A DNA stretch of 64,000 bases, from the NCBI GenBank assembly GCA_031409335.1, contig JANNWY010000108.1, positions 1 through 64,000 of the forward strand, read 5' to 3'. Shown piece by piece: positions 38,301 to 48,315 of the stretch; the first letter of the stretch is position 1; each line of letters begins with the position of its first letter. Source of the stretch: Chthoniobacteraceae bacterium. GTDB lineage: Bacteria > Verrucomicrobiota > Verrucomicrobiia > Chthoniobacterales > Chthoniobacteraceae. Position numbers and translations under genes: made by a program. The notes under the pieces are model-generated. The model ran no database searches, was not told where the DNA came from, and saw nothing but the letters and a program-made list of their open reading frames with translations.

Positions 38301-39106
38301 ATGGCGAAACATTTCAGCACGAAGCCTATTTCACCGACGGCAGTTCGGTGCGCCCGTTTCTCTTTGGATACTCCCAATCCGCGACGGCAAACGTAGTCTC
38401 CATCGTGAACGGTGAGGTGACTATTTCTGGCGCGGAAGTGAACGACTATCTGATCCCGGGACTTCGCTTCCAGTTCACCAATTTGACCGGCGCCGCCAAT
38501 GTCAGCGCCAATACTTTTTACCAAGTCCATGCCGTCTTGAGCCCCACGAAATTCACGTTTCGGCCGAGGTATAGCGGCGCGCCGATCAACGCGACCGCAT
38601 CGGGTGGAACGATGAAGCGGGGTGGATGGGGAAGCGCGGGATTCACGGTGCCGATGAATGTCATCACGGACAACTATGACTCCGGCGACACGACGGACGG
38701 AACCGCGTTCCAAGTGGCAAACATCAGGCCGGGAAGCGCAACCCTGGTGCGGATCGACAACTACGTGGGCACCCAAAGCGTGCTTCAGATCGATCAAAAA
38801 TGGCGGCTGGGAACCGACCTTGATGGGACGAATGCCGGGAACTTTTTCCTCATGAATCTGAACGACGGTCTAAACGATTCGGTGATTCAGGTGGATTCAG
38901 TTTCCCGGGTGGCAATCGGTTTCAAGAGGAGCGAGGACGGTTACACGCCTCACACGAATACCGGAACTTTGGACGTGAACGGAGTGATCGTAGCCAAGCG
39001 ACCCGCCCTGCCCGCTACCGTCGTGGAGGGCGGATTCATCGTCGTGGGTGGGACGGCCTATATTGGGAGCGGTGGGATCTGGCGGGCATTGAGTTTCGCG
39101 CCGTAA
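35363..39106 (+). CDS. Large secreted fibre-like protein with internal duplications
   Basis: Signal peptide, QVPQLINYQGRV N-domain, G/A/T-rich repeats, two QQAVANTGYL...TITLPATANAGD modules, distinct C-terminal domain. Confidence 0.85.
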   Translation: MKIPPSYSSCAAVLSAIALLAAPSFSQVPQLINYQGRVAVETVNFNGIGAFKFALVNAAGTTAYWTNDGTHPDGSEPTSAVTLSVTNGLYSVLLGDATLPNMQIVSAAVFANPDVHLRVWFSDGQNGFQLLTPDQRIAAVGYAIMAGTAQTVADGAITSAKIAPGAVDNTKLATSAITMNAGPGLAGGGTVALGGTISLANSGVTALAGESGITLSGSTGSITIGSNATSADTAGTLVLRDANGGFSAETITGNLLGNATTATTAGVAGTAINFLGPLGGDVSGAQGATLVNQVGGLPAASIAASAAIVAAATNLNTASTLIWRDADGNFSAGTITGNLLGSATSALTAGTAVSALSATDFTGTLGGDVSGAQGATIVGKIGGVAPAAANTAGAVVMRDVGGAFAAGEITATNFIGSGAGLTGLAGTFSWQPVSGITQQAVANTGYLATDAAAVTITLPATANAGDIVRVSGVGAGGWVIVPNIGQTLIGFGSGLGLSGSEGTTGAVQFVGNSTWQPLNESRLTAGAVQAVHIATGAVGNAQLADATMTVNPGPGLTGGGTVALGGTISLANSGVTALAGESGITLSGSTGSVMIGSNATSADTAGTLVLRDANGGFSAETITGNLLGNATTATAAGVAGTAINFLGPLGGDVSGAQGATIVGKIGGVAPAAANTAGAVVMRDAGGAFAAGEITATNFIGSGAGLTGLAGTFSWQTVTGIAQQAVANTGYLANAAAAVTITLPATANAGDIVRVSGVGAGGWAIVPNTGQSVAGFGAGLGPSGSQGATGAVQYVGTGTWQPMNESQLAPGSVGSAQLAPNIAVSGTLTAANFVGNGQGLTALSAASLSSGTLSDTVLSANVPRIDAATNTFTGILKSTGTFDATNATVLGFDKISRSAANTWTGTQTFASLTIAAESPNILFQNTTSAGSCGLGLSTDVLDPGHDHFIMGPNMRAVPTGYAPIIPSESAWGLHLERDFFNGETFQHEAYFTDGSSVRPFLFGYSQSATANVVSIVNGEVTISGAEVNDYLIPGLRFQFTNLTGAANVSANTFYQVHAVLSPTKFTFRPRYSGAPINATASGGTMKRGGWGSAGFTVPMNVITDNYDSGDTTDGTAFQVANIRPGSATLVRIDNYVGTQSVLQIDQKWRLGTDLDGTNAGNFFLMNLNDGLNDSVIQVDSVSRVAIGFKRSEDGYTPHTNTGTLDVNGVIVAKRPALPATVVEGGFIVVGGTAYIGSGGIWRALSFAP

Positions 39107-39126
39107 CCACGGTACGATCGATAGCC

Positions 39127-39804
39127 ATGAGCGCCGCCCACGATCCCTCAGACCTTCAGCGCATCTATGACGCGCGCTTTTCCGCCAGCGTGGGCTATCG
39201 CAAGCATGTCTGGGAAGTTTTGACCCGCGACTGGTTCCAGCGATTTGTCGGCGAGCAGGCGACGGTCCTCGATCTCGGCTGCGGTTACGGGGAATTTAGC
39301 AACGCCATCCGCGCGGGGAAAAAATATGCGATGGATTTGAATCCCGACGCGCCCCGGTATCTCGGCGCGGATGTGGAGTTTTTGCTCCAGGATTGCTCCG
39401 CCCGCTGGCCGCTCGCGGACGGCTCGCTGGACGTCGTTTTCACGAGCAATTTTTTCGAGCACCTGCCCGACAAAGCGACGCTCGGCCGGACGCTGGATGA
39501 AATCCGGCGCTGCCTAAAGCCTGGCGGTCGCCTCGTTGCGATGGGTCCGAACATCAAATATCTCCCCGGTTCCTATTGGGACTTTTGGGATCACTACGTC
39601 ATTCTTACCGAGCTTTCCCTGCGCGAGGCGCTGGAGACGCGCGGGTTTGAAATCGACCTGTGCCTCGGAAAATTCCTCCCTTACACAATGGCGACCGGAC
39701 CGCGCTACCCGGTCAGTTTCTTGCGGCTCTATTTGAAACTTCCGCTCGCGTGGCGGTTCTTTGGGAAACAGTTTCTCGTCGTCGGGCGCCAGCCTACTCC
39801 TTGA
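39127..39804 (+). CDS. Class I SAM methyltransferase
   Basis: VLDLGCGYG, SNFFEH, LKPGG. Confidence 0.88.
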   Translation: MSAAHDPSDLQRIYDARFSASVGYRKHVWEVLTRDWFQRFVGEQATVLDLGCGYGEFSNAIRAGKKYAMDLNPDAPRYLGADVEFLLQDCSARWPLADGSLDVVFTSNFFEHLPDKATLGRTLDEIRRCLKPGGRLVAMGPNIKYLPGSYWDFWDHYVILTELSLREALETRGFEIDLCLGKFLPYTMATGPRYPVSFLRLYLKLPLAWRFFGKQFLVVGRQPTP

Positions 39805-40531
39805 CGTAACGCACGATCACCGACGATCCGAAACAGCGCACCGGAGAGCGCTCGAGCGCCCGCATCAAGCCGTAAAAAGGGCGCAGGAGCGGCTGGAGAC
39901 GATTGCCACCGTGTTCAAAGGTGGGCCATGCGTAATCGACTGCGACACGCTTCAATCCGCCGGCGACAAACAGCGAATCCAAGTCGGTGACCGAAAAGAC
40001 CCGAGCTAGCGAAATCTTGCGATGCAGCCACGGCAGATAGGTCAGCAGGGGAATGCGCCCGTGCCGCTCCCACGCACCGATTTTTACGCCGTGATTCTCG
40101 AAGGGAAACCAGCGATTTGGAACCGTGATGAGTAGTTCGCCCTCCTGGCGGATGACCCGGCAAATCTCGCGAGCCGCATTTGGGAGATCAGGGACATGTT
40201 CGAGTGTCTCGATCGTCACGATGGTATCGAAATGCGCGTCGGGGAAAGTCATCGCGGAAGCCGACATATTGACCACGGCGTAGCGGGGGTTGTCCTTTAG
40301 CCTTTCCCGAAAAATCTCCAGATAAGTCTCCTGAACATCAATCCCGCAAACTTCGCGGAAACCGTTGCCGAGCACCTGCGTGAAGGCACCGTCGCCGCAT
40401 CCGACATCGAGCAAACGCTCGCCCCGAAAATCACCAAGACGTCGCAACTTGCCGGTGATCAACTCGACGGTCTTGGACAGTGCGGCGCCGCGTGGCGCAC
40501 CGACGTAAAGAGTTTGGTCATGTTGCAGCAT
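39794..40531 (-). CDS. Class I SAM methyltransferase
   Basis: LLDVGCGDG, ETLEHV, TVPN. Confidence 0.87.
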   Translation of the reverse strand: MLQHDQTLYVGAPRGAALSKTVELITGKLRRLGDFRGERLLDVGCGDGAFTQVLGNGFREVCGIDVQETYLEIFRERLKDNPRYAVVNMSASAMTFPDAHFDTIVTIETLEHVPDLPNAAREICRVIRQEGELLITVPNRWFPFENHGVKIGAWERHGRIPLLTYLPWLHRKISLARVFSVTDLDSLFVAGGLKRVAVDYAWPTFEHGGNRLQPLLRPFYGLMRALERSPVRCFGSSVIVRYVKE

Positions 40532-40615
40532 TGGAGAGTGGCTTGGTGGCGTTCGGCGGGCTCCCATCATTGCCACCGGTCATCGCCCTTGTGAAGCGAA
40601 TCCCCGTCCCAAAAA

Positions 40616-41680
40616 TCACGCGGATACATCCAGCCAGTCAGGATGCCCGATGGCGTGCGTCGCGATTTCGTCGAGGATCGCTTCGAGGGAAATCTCCGGT
40701 CGCCAGCCCCATTGCCGCTCCGCGCGGCTGGAATCCATGACCATCCACGGGATGTCGAACGGACGCTCTCCGGCATCGCTGGCGACCGCGTGCGCGGCAA
40801 ACCGCCGCCCGCACCAGAGGCTGAGCTGCTTCAGCGACATCGCTCGCGAAGCGCCACCAGAGGCGTGTTGAATCCGGCTCACTTTGCGAGAGGGATCGCG
40901 CATTTGGACAAGGAGCAGCGCACCGAGATCGCGCGGGTGCAGGCAATCGCGCACCTGATGGCCGGTGCCGCCAAAGCCAATGTATTTCAGCGGACGCCGA
41001 CGGAGCCATGAGTTGATCCAGAAGCTGAAGATACCCTGATCAGGTCTGCCAAACTGCCCTCCACCTGCCAGCACGCCGCAACGGTTGATCCAGACGGGCA
41101 GCTTGAATGTCTCGCCGTACTCGAGAGCGAGTTGCTCCGAGCACAGTTTTGTTGTCCCATAGAGGGAGACTGGCGGTTCGGTGGAAAAATCTTCGGTTAC
41201 TCCGCCCGCGGTCACACCGACCGGAAGGCGATCGCTTGCATCCAGCAGGAACGCTTCGTTTTCCACCCGCATCGGCAACGCGGCAAGCGGCGGGATGGAA
41301 TAGACGCGGCTGGTGCTGAGGAGAACGAAGCCGGCTCCGCGCGCCTTGCAGTATTCGAGCATCTGCACCGTTCCGAGCAGGTTGTGCTCGATGATCTGGC
41401 GGCTGCTGGTGCGACCGTCCACACCGGCCAGGACGCTCGCGTTGGCCGCCGCATCAATTACCCAATCCGCCGCGGGCAGCGCATCAATGTCACTCCGGAC
41501 GCGTAAGTCCGCGTGCGAAACCTTGACCCCGAGCGCCTGCAATTCCCGCCGATTCAGTTCGCTTCCCGCGCGGATGAAATTGTCGAATCCGGCGACTTCA
41601 ATCCCCGAGTCCTGCTCGACGAAAATCCGGGCAAGAGAACTGCCGACGAATCCACAAACACCGGAAATGAGAACCTTCAT
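40616..41680 (-). CDS. NAD-dependent epimerase (CDP-paratose 2-epimerase-like)
   Basis: SGVCGFVG, STSRVY, YGTTK, HQVRD. Confidence 0.88.
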   Translation of the reverse strand: MKVLISGVCGFVGSSLARIFVEQDSGIEVAGFDNFIRAGSELNRRELQALGVKVSHADLRVRSDIDALPAADWVIDAAANASVLAGVDGRTSSRQIIEHNLLGTVQMLEYCKARGAGFVLLSTSRVYSIPPLAALPMRVENEAFLLDASDRLPVGVTAGGVTEDFSTEPPVSLYGTTKLCSEQLALEYGETFKLPVWINRCGVLAGGGQFGRPDQGIFSFWINSWLRRRPLKYIGFGGTGHQVRDCLHPRDLGALLLVQMRDPSRKVSRIQHASGGASRAMSLKQLSLWCGRRFAAHAVASDAGERPFDIPWMVMDSSRAERQWGWRPEISLEAILDEIATHAIGHPDWLDVSA

Positions 41681-43209
41681 GGAGTGCGAACCGGCAGATC
41701 TTTGACAATTACGTCGGGCGATTCGAACTTCGTTTTGAAGGGCTCGGCGACCGGAGTGAGGGAAGCGCGATAGCTCGCGCGCTCCCTCGAAGCGTTCCCC
41801 GGGTTCGTCTGTTGCAGAGCATTCAGGAGCGGTGACTCGGAAATCATCACGAGCTTGGTGTAGCCGAGTTCCAGCAGACGCTGACGCGTTTCCTCGTTTT
41901 CCAAAATCCCGGTGCTAGTGATGGTCAGCCCGCGCCGTTGCGAAAGGATCAGCGCTTCGCCGCCCCAACCACCGCCTTGGATGAGCAATTTGTCCTCCGG
42001 GCTCGTGTGCTCGCGGATGATGGTCGCGACCTTCTTGGGATAGGGATCGTAGCCCAGCACGATCTCGATGCCGATCAAGCCTTGCACGGCGGCGAGCAGG
42101 ATGACCAGCAGAGTTCCGAGAGTCGCGAGCGCTTGCCGCCCAGCTCCGCGCAGGCCCAGGCGTTCTTCGAGCTGAAGGATCGTGCCCGCGCAAAGAATCG
42201 CGATCGCGGGTGAATAAAGGATGAAGTAATGCCGGTGGACCAGCACGAGGTGCGAGAAGACGAGCGTGGTGCAGAATGCCGCGAGCAGCCAGAGATGGGC
42301 GAAACGGTGGCGCGGGGAGAACAGCGCCCAGCCAGCGAGGCCCGCGAGCGCAAAGCTGCCAAAGAGGGCATTGAGCGCAGCCCAACCGCCTTTCGCCCAG
42401 TTGGCGGGATTGAGGCGGTAATGCCAGTCGCCGAAATACCAAAACCACTGGTCGTTCCCGTATATCACCCGAAGGTCCACATGCGGAAACTCGGCGGCCG
42501 CGAGGCAGGAATTTGTGTGCCGCGTCCAGAGCAGGAAGGCAATCCCACTGATCGCTCCGGCGGAGGCAAGCAGCAGCCAGCGCCGGCCATCACGCGGTGC
42601 CAGCAGCAGCAGGAAAAAGAAGCTGGCAAGACCGGCACACATGAAGAGCGGCAGCTTCGTCACGGCCGCCAGCGCTCCAAAAATAGCTGCCGGCCCGAGC
42701 CAGACTGCGGCGCCCGTGCGCACGAGATTGTGGGCGAAAAACAGAAACCACAGAGAAAACGTGAACGCCAATCCATCCGCCGAAGCCTGACCGCTGATGA
42801 GAATCAGGATCGGTTGTGCCATCAGGAAAATCAGCGTCCACCACGCTCCACGCGATCCGAGATACGTCCTCACCAGCGAATGCAGCGGCCACAGCCCCGC
42901 TGAGAAAAGTGCGAGCGATAACAGATTCGCCCATCCGAACCAGAAGCCGAAGCTCCTGAACATCAGCGCCGCGAGCGACTGCCAGAATGGCACCTCGAGC
43001 GGCGTCGGAGTGCCGGTCGCGGTAAAGCCGACAACGACCGGGCCCAGCAGATCAATGCCGCTTTTCGCAAACTCGATCGCGGTCCCGAGATGCTGGTCGC
43101 GGTAGTGGGAATGCCCTGCCTTCGCGCTGGCGAGGTGAAAGAGGGCGATCAGCGCGAAGAGCAGCGCAGCAGCGGTGATCAAGAGGAGGTTATTCTGGCG
43201 TTCAGACAT
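41677..43209 (-). CDS. Multi-TM GT-C (ArnT/PMT-like) glycosyltransferase
   Basis: Many TM helices, RDQH, PLEVP, HRHY. Confidence 0.7.
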   Translation of the reverse strand: MSERQNNLLLITAAALLFALIALFHLASAKAGHSHYRDQHLGTAIEFAKSGIDLLGPVVVGFTATGTPTPLEVPFWQSLAALMFRSFGFWFGWANLLSLALFSAGLWPLHSLVRTYLGSRGAWWTLIFLMAQPILILISGQASADGLAFTFSLWFLFFAHNLVRTGAAVWLGPAAIFGALAAVTKLPLFMCAGLASFFFLLLLAPRDGRRWLLLASAGAISGIAFLLWTRHTNSCLAAAEFPHVDLRVIYGNDQWFWYFGDWHYRLNPANWAKGGWAALNALFGSFALAGLAGWALFSPRHRFAHLWLLAAFCTTLVFSHLVLVHRHYFILYSPAIAILCAGTILQLEERLGLRGAGRQALATLGTLLVILLAAVQGLIGIEIVLGYDPYPKKVATIIREHTSPEDKLLIQGGGWGGEALILSQRRGLTITSTGILENEETRQRLLELGYTKLVMISESPLLNALQQTNPGNASRERASYRASLTPVAEPFKTKFESPDVIVKDLPVRTP

Positions 43210-43269
43210 CCGCGGAATCATGCGGATCGTGTTCTTGCGTGTCACGCCGCAACGCGCAGAGTTGGCGGC

Positions 43270-44451
43270 GTGAAAGTCGTCCACATCTGTAATGTTGCCA
43301 TCCCTGCGGATCATCCCGATGGCCAGCGACTGCGCTGTCATCCCGGGCGCTGGGTTCTGAATCTCGCGCTTGCTCAGCAACAGCACGCCGGCATCGCTCC
43401 GGAATTGCTTGTTCAGACCCCGGGCGCATCAGGGGATTATCAATCCACGATGGAAGGCATCCCCGTTCATTTCATTGCCGCTCCGGAGCAGTTGCGCTCC
43501 GCGACTCTGTTCTGGTTCGACAAACGCCGACTCGCCAGAAAGCTCCGCGAGCTTCGACCGGATCTTGTCCACGCCCACGGTACCGAAGACGCCTACGGCC
43601 TTGCGGCTCAAGAAAGTGGCCTGCCTTACGTGATCACCGTCCAAGGGCTGATTTTTCTCATCAACCGCGTCCTGAAGCCGAAGCGAATTTCACGCGATCG
43701 TCTTGTGGAAATCGCCGAGCGCCTCTGTCTGAAGCGGGCTCGCCACGTCATTGCCAAGAGTGAATACGTGGCTGGCGAGTTGAAGGCCCAGTTCCCCCAC
43801 CTGCACCTCCATCAGATCCCGAATACTTTCGATGCGCGCCTGCTCGATATTCCTCCGTCCATTCGGGGGCGCATCGTGGCATTTGTCGGCACGATCACGG
43901 AGCGGAAAGGCGTTCACACCTTGCGCGAGGCGATGGCGTTGGCGCAGAAAAAGTTCCCGGATCTCCAGCTTTGGATTTTCGGGGATAAATCCACCGGCGC
44001 TTTCGAATACGAGGTCCGCGAAAAAGCGTTGCTGAATGAGTTGATGGGAAACCGCGTCGTGTTCCATGGCATTGTGCCGTCTCTCGAGGTGGCGAAACGG
44101 TTGACGCTGGCCTCGGCTCTGGCGGCACCTTCGCAGGAGGAGATGTTCGGCAATCAGGTCATCGAATCGCTGCTCGTCGGCACCCATGCAATCGTCACCG
44201 AAGGCACCGCCATGGCGGAAAACGTCCGCCGGTTCGGCAATGGCACCGTCGTTCCCCAAAGCGATCCGCCAGGACTCGCCGACGCGATTTGTACGGCGCT
44301 GGCCACGGACTTTTTTTCCGAGGCCGCGTCCGCTCTGCAAGCGGTGAAAGACTACGCCGGGCCGGAGCGTGTCGCCCAGCTTCACCGGACGTTATACGCG
44401 CAGATATCGGGGGAAAAAGCCTCCGCGGTTGACGCTCCAAAGAACGGTTGA
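43270..44451 (+). CDS. GT4 glycosyltransferase
   Basis: DLVHAHG, ERKG, EEMFGNQVIE. Confidence 0.87.
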   Translation: MKVVHICNVAIPADHPDGQRLRCHPGRWVLNLALAQQQHAGIAPELLVQTPGASGDYQSTMEGIPVHFIAAPEQLRSATLFWFDKRRLARKLRELRPDLVHAHGTEDAYGLAAQESGLPYVITVQGLIFLINRVLKPKRISRDRLVEIAERLCLKRARHVIAKSEYVAGELKAQFPHLHLHQIPNTFDARLLDIPPSIRGRIVAFVGTITERKGVHTLREAMALAQKKFPDLQLWIFGDKSTGAFEYEVREKALLNELMGNRVVFHGIVPSLEVAKRLTLASALAAPSQEEMFGNQVIESLLVGTHAIVTEGTAMAENVRRFGNGTVVPQSDPPGLADAICTALATDFFSEAASALQAVKDYAGPERVAQLHRTLYAQISGEKASAVDAPKNG

Positions 44452-44527
44452 CTTGCCGGCGCTCGTCGGGAATCTACCCGCCTTTGTCCGTTGATTCCCC
44501 TTTTCCCGCCTTGATGAACGACCTCGT

Positions 44528-46354
44528 ATGTGTGGAATTGCTGGAACGATAGCCTTCGCCAAATCGGCGGAGGCTCTGGACATGCGACTGCTCCATCATC
44601 GCGGCCCGGACTCCCATGGCGAGTGGCGTTCGCCTGACGGTCGAGTTTGGCTCGGGCACGCCCGACTGGCCATTCTGGATCTTTCCCCTAGCGGCCGCCA
44701 GCCGATGCTCGATGCCTCGACGGGAAACGTCATCGTCTTCAATGGCGAAATCTACAACCACCTTGCACTCCGAACCGAGCTGGGCACCCTGGGCGCACAA
44801 TTTCACGGAACCAGTGACACCGAGACGCTGCTCGCTGGTTATCATTACTGGGGAGAAAAAATGCTCCCAAAGCTCAAAGGCATGTTCGCCTTTGCCATTT
44901 ACAATCCAACGGAGGGATCGGCTTTCATGGCGCGCGACCGTTTTGGCATTAAGCCCGTCTATTTTCGGCAATCCGAGGATGGCTTTGTGTTCGCTTCGGA
45001 AACCCGGCCGCTCGTGGCCCAGCGGGCCAGCCAGCCAACCCGCGAGTCGATCGCCGCTTACCTTCAATGGGGCTGTTGTCCGCACGGCGATCTCCTTTTT
45101 CCGGATCTTCGCGAATTGCCCGTCGGTTCCCATCTTCGCATTACCCGCGAAGCCGTTGGCGAACCCGTCCGCTACTGGCCGCCCCCGAGGTTTCCGAATG
45201 TCGTCTGCAAACAGGATCGCCCGGCGATCGTTCGGAAAACGCGGGAATTGATCGAGCGATCCGTTCGGGAGCACATCCTCTCCGATGTGCCCGTGGCCTC
45301 TTTCTTGAGCGGCGGGATCGACTCCTCGGTTATCACTGCGCTCGCTGCTCAGGAGCTAACTAAAGAACTCCACACCTTTTCCGTTGGCTTCGATCATGCG
45401 GGTTATGACGAAAGCCCGTTCGCCCGAATGATCGCGGCCCGATACAAAACCGACCATTGCGAAATCAAACTCTCGCCCGACGACGTCATCGAAACCGTCA
45501 AGGAAGCCGTGATGAAGATGGACCTCCCTTCCATCGACGCGATCAACACCTACATCGTCGCCAAACAGGTCGCCCGCCAGGGTTACAAAGTCGCTCTCGC
45601 CGGCGTCGGAGGCGACGAGCTTTTCGGCGGCTATCCCCAGTTCCGCAGCCTGCCCCGGTTCAAATACCTTGCTTTTCTCCCGCGAGCGCTCAGCGAACTG
45701 CTGTTACACACCGGAAAAGGCCGCCATTTTCTGTCCGACATTCCGCGGGACGCCGATGCCGGAGTTTTCGATCAATGGTGGCGCCGCTCCTGGAACGCGG
45801 TGTTACTGCGCAAGGCGGGATTCGAGTCACGCCCGATCTTACCCGAGTCGCGCCCGGAGCTGTGCGATGACTTTGCGCGGATCAGTTGGTCCGAACTCAG
45901 TCACTACATGCGCGACATGCTGCTGCGCGATTCCGACCAAATGAGCATGGCCGTAAGCCTAGAAGTCCGCGTCCCGTTTTTGGATCATGAATTGGTTGAA
46001 TTCGTGCTCAGTCTGCCAGCTTCCGTGAAAGAAAAACCAGGCGTCGTCAAATCGCTCCTCATCGAAGCCACCGCGGACCTTCTTCCGCCCGAAATCTATC
46101 AGCGGCGCAAAATGGGTTTCGAGCTTCCCATGCCTGATTGGATCAAAGGCCCGCTGAAAGACTTTACCCTTGCCGGCCTGCAACACACCGTCAGAAACGG
46201 CATCTTTTCCGATAAAACCACACAAGACCTCTTCGAATCGTTCGCACTCGGCAAACTGCACTGGCAAAAACTGTGGGCTGTGGTGGTTTTGGGTTGGTAT
46301 TTGCAAAAGCAAAACGCAACCATTCTCTTGCGAGGTCAAACGGCCCTGCCATGA
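44528..46354 (+). CDS. asnB: Asparagine synthase (glutamine-hydrolysing)-like amidotransferase
   Basis: MCGIAG, HRGPD, FNGEIYN, RDRFGIKP, LSGGIDS, EVRVPFLD. Confidence 0.92.
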   Translation: MCGIAGTIAFAKSAEALDMRLLHHRGPDSHGEWRSPDGRVWLGHARLAILDLSPSGRQPMLDASTGNVIVFNGEIYNHLALRTELGTLGAQFHGTSDTETLLAGYHYWGEKMLPKLKGMFAFAIYNPTEGSAFMARDRFGIKPVYFRQSEDGFVFASETRPLVAQRASQPTRESIAAYLQWGCCPHGDLLFPDLRELPVGSHLRITREAVGEPVRYWPPPRFPNVVCKQDRPAIVRKTRELIERSVREHILSDVPVASFLSGGIDSSVITALAAQELTKELHTFSVGFDHAGYDESPFARMIAARYKTDHCEIKLSPDDVIETVKEAVMKMDLPSIDAINTYIVAKQVARQGYKVALAGVGGDELFGGYPQFRSLPRFKYLAFLPRALSELLLHTGKGRHFLSDIPRDADAGVFDQWWRRSWNAVLLRKAGFESRPILPESRPELCDDFARISWSELSHYMRDMLLRDSDQMSMAVSLEVRVPFLDHELVEFVLSLPASVKEKPGVVKSLLIEATADLLPPEIYQRRKMGFELPMPDWIKGPLKDFTLAGLQHTVRNGIFSDKTTQDLFESFALGKLHWQKLWAVVVLGWYLQKQNATILLRGQTALP

Positions 46355-46438
46355 GCCCGATCGCATGATTTGATGATTGGCGACGCTATAACTTAACTCG
46401 TAACCAATACTCGTTTACCACCTAATGTTATTCCTTAC

Positions 46439-47134
46439 ATGAGCGATCTTAACGGCATCCTACAGCGCCTTCGGTTGAACCTTGGGATCAAACGATTTCT
46501 TACCAGCAACTTCCTGGTCCAAAGTTTTGTCGCCAACGTGCTGACCAAGCACCGGCTCAAACTGCCAACCGTAGAACTGACCGAACTCAGTGAGCCGGAG
46601 GGTTCTGTTGTTGTCCGGATTCTGCCTCTGCATCCCTGGGATACCAACTATAACGACATCGTGGCCCTTTGTGCGATTGCCAGGAAAACGAAGCCGCGAA
46701 GAATCATGGAAATTGGCACGGCTCGCGGGCGGACCACCTTGTTGCTATCGGACAATTGCCCGTCGGCGGAGATTTTCACCTACGACATCGACCCGAACGC
46801 CGGGAGTTATTTCAAAACCCTCAACCCTCCTTCGACCCAAATCCGGCTCAACATTTGCGATGTGCAAAGTGACACCGCACGATTGCGGGACGGCGAGAAA
46901 TTCGATTTCATTTTTATCGATGCCAATCATGTCGAAAGCGCTGTTCGAGCGGACAGCACTCTGGCTTTTGACGTGCTCGCGCCAAACGGTGTGATCCTCT
47001 GGCACGATTACGCCAACTCGGATTATCTATTTGGCTATAACCGCGTTCCTGAAGTGCTCGCGGAGTTGGCTTTGGAGCGACGGCTTTGTGGAGTTAGCGG
47101 CACTAGTCTGGCCGTTTATCAATCAAAAGGGTAA
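46439..47134 (+). CDS. Class I SAM methyltransferase (O-methyltransferase-like)
   Basis: MEIGTARG, FIFIDANH, WHDY. Confidence 0.85.
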   Translation: MSDLNGILQRLRLNLGIKRFLTSNFLVQSFVANVLTKHRLKLPTVELTELSEPEGSVVVRILPLHPWDTNYNDIVALCAIARKTKPRRIMEIGTARGRTTLLLSDNCPSAEIFTYDIDPNAGSYFKTLNPPSTQIRLNICDVQSDTARLRDGEKFDFIFIDANHVESAVRADSTLAFDVLAPNGVILWHDYANSDYLFGYNRVPEVLAELALERRLCGVSGTSLAVYQSKG

Positions 47135-47217
47135 CTGGAAAAAGCGATGGGCTGCAGTTGTCCCTGATTGGTAATGGCAGAAAGAGAGCATATCTCTGAG
47201 CACGAAGGAATGCGTCG

Positions 47218-48225
47218 TTGATCGCTCTAACGGAATACCACGCAGTGACTACCCAGAGTCTTCATTCAGATGCCGCCCCTCTGGTCTATGTAATTGTCCT
47301 GAACTACAACGGCCGGGCGCATCTTGAATACTGTCTGCCAAGCATTTTCGAGAGCACCTACCCTAATTTTCGGATTCTACTCGTGGACAATGCCTCCACA
47401 GATGATTCCCTCGAGTTTTCGCGCAAGTTGTTTCCGCAAATGGAAGTCCTGCAGACTGGGAAAAACCTCGGCTGGGCGGGCGGTAACAATGCGGGCATTA
47501 CCTATGCGCTCAATCGGGGCGCACAGTATGTAGCGTTGGCAAATAATGACATCCGGGTTCATTCCCAGTGGATCACCGCCGCCGTCGCGGCTTTTCAGGC
47601 TGATCCGGACGTTGTCTTTGTGAGCCCCACGGTTTTTGGTGCGGTGGCTCCTGCGCCGATCGAAGACTATGAAAAGGCTTGTGCAGAATGGGAAGGAATC
47701 AAGTTCTGGCAGACCAAAGAACTACTCAGTGGAATGGCGCTCTTCGTCGATTCGCAGCTCTTTGGGCGAATCGGCATGATCGACGAAGCCTACTGGGCCT
47801 ACGCTGAAGAGGTTGATCTTGAAGTTCGCGCCGAGGCTGCCGGTTTTGTACGAGCACAAACCAATGTTCCCATTTGGCACTATTCATCTGGCACTTTTGC
47901 GCGCTACCGCCTGCGTGCGGCGTATTTGTCAATTCGCAATGGCATTCGTCTGTCGATCAAGCACGATGGACCGCTTAAACGAATGAAGACAATTCTCAAG
48001 ATATTCTACATAGGCTGCTGGCCCTTCTATCGAGGCGACATGAAAAATGTCACGATCGCGCGCCTGCGTCCGCGAGGTGTGCTCGTCAATTTCGGACTCG
48101 ATTTATACTGCTTGGCTTGGAATATTTTTCACTTGCCCGAAACGCTTCGGCGCCGCCGTGAGGATTACGCTTTAATCCGGAGCGAGCGTGAACGAATGCA
48201 GCGGGATAGATCGTTGCACGCGTGA
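47218..48225 (+). CDS. GT2 glycosyltransferase
   Basis: IVLNYNG, VDNASTD, GWAGGNN, ANND, EEVD; start uncertain. Confidence 0.87.
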   Translation: MIALTEYHAVTTQSLHSDAAPLVYVIVLNYNGRAHLEYCLPSIFESTYPNFRILLVDNASTDDSLEFSRKLFPQMEVLQTGKNLGWAGGNNAGITYALNRGAQYVALANNDIRVHSQWITAAVAAFQADPDVVFVSPTVFGAVAPAPIEDYEKACAEWEGIKFWQTKELLSGMALFVDSQLFGRIGMIDEAYWAYAEEVDLEVRAEAAGFVRAQTNVPIWHYSSGTFARYRLRAAYLSIRNGIRLSIKHDGPLKRMKTILKIFYIGCWPFYRGDMKNVTIARLRPRGVLVNFGLDLYCLAWNIFHLPETLRRRREDYALIRSERERMQRDRSLHA

Positions 48226-48315
48226 CGTGATACGACCGCTTTACCTGTCCGAAGCCATCGTCAGGTTTCCAGCCGCTCGCCGCATTCGGCTTCAGTTCCT
48301 CGGGACCATACGGAG

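Noticed and set aside
35363..39106. Prophage
   Set aside because: Signal peptide present and no other phage genes nearby
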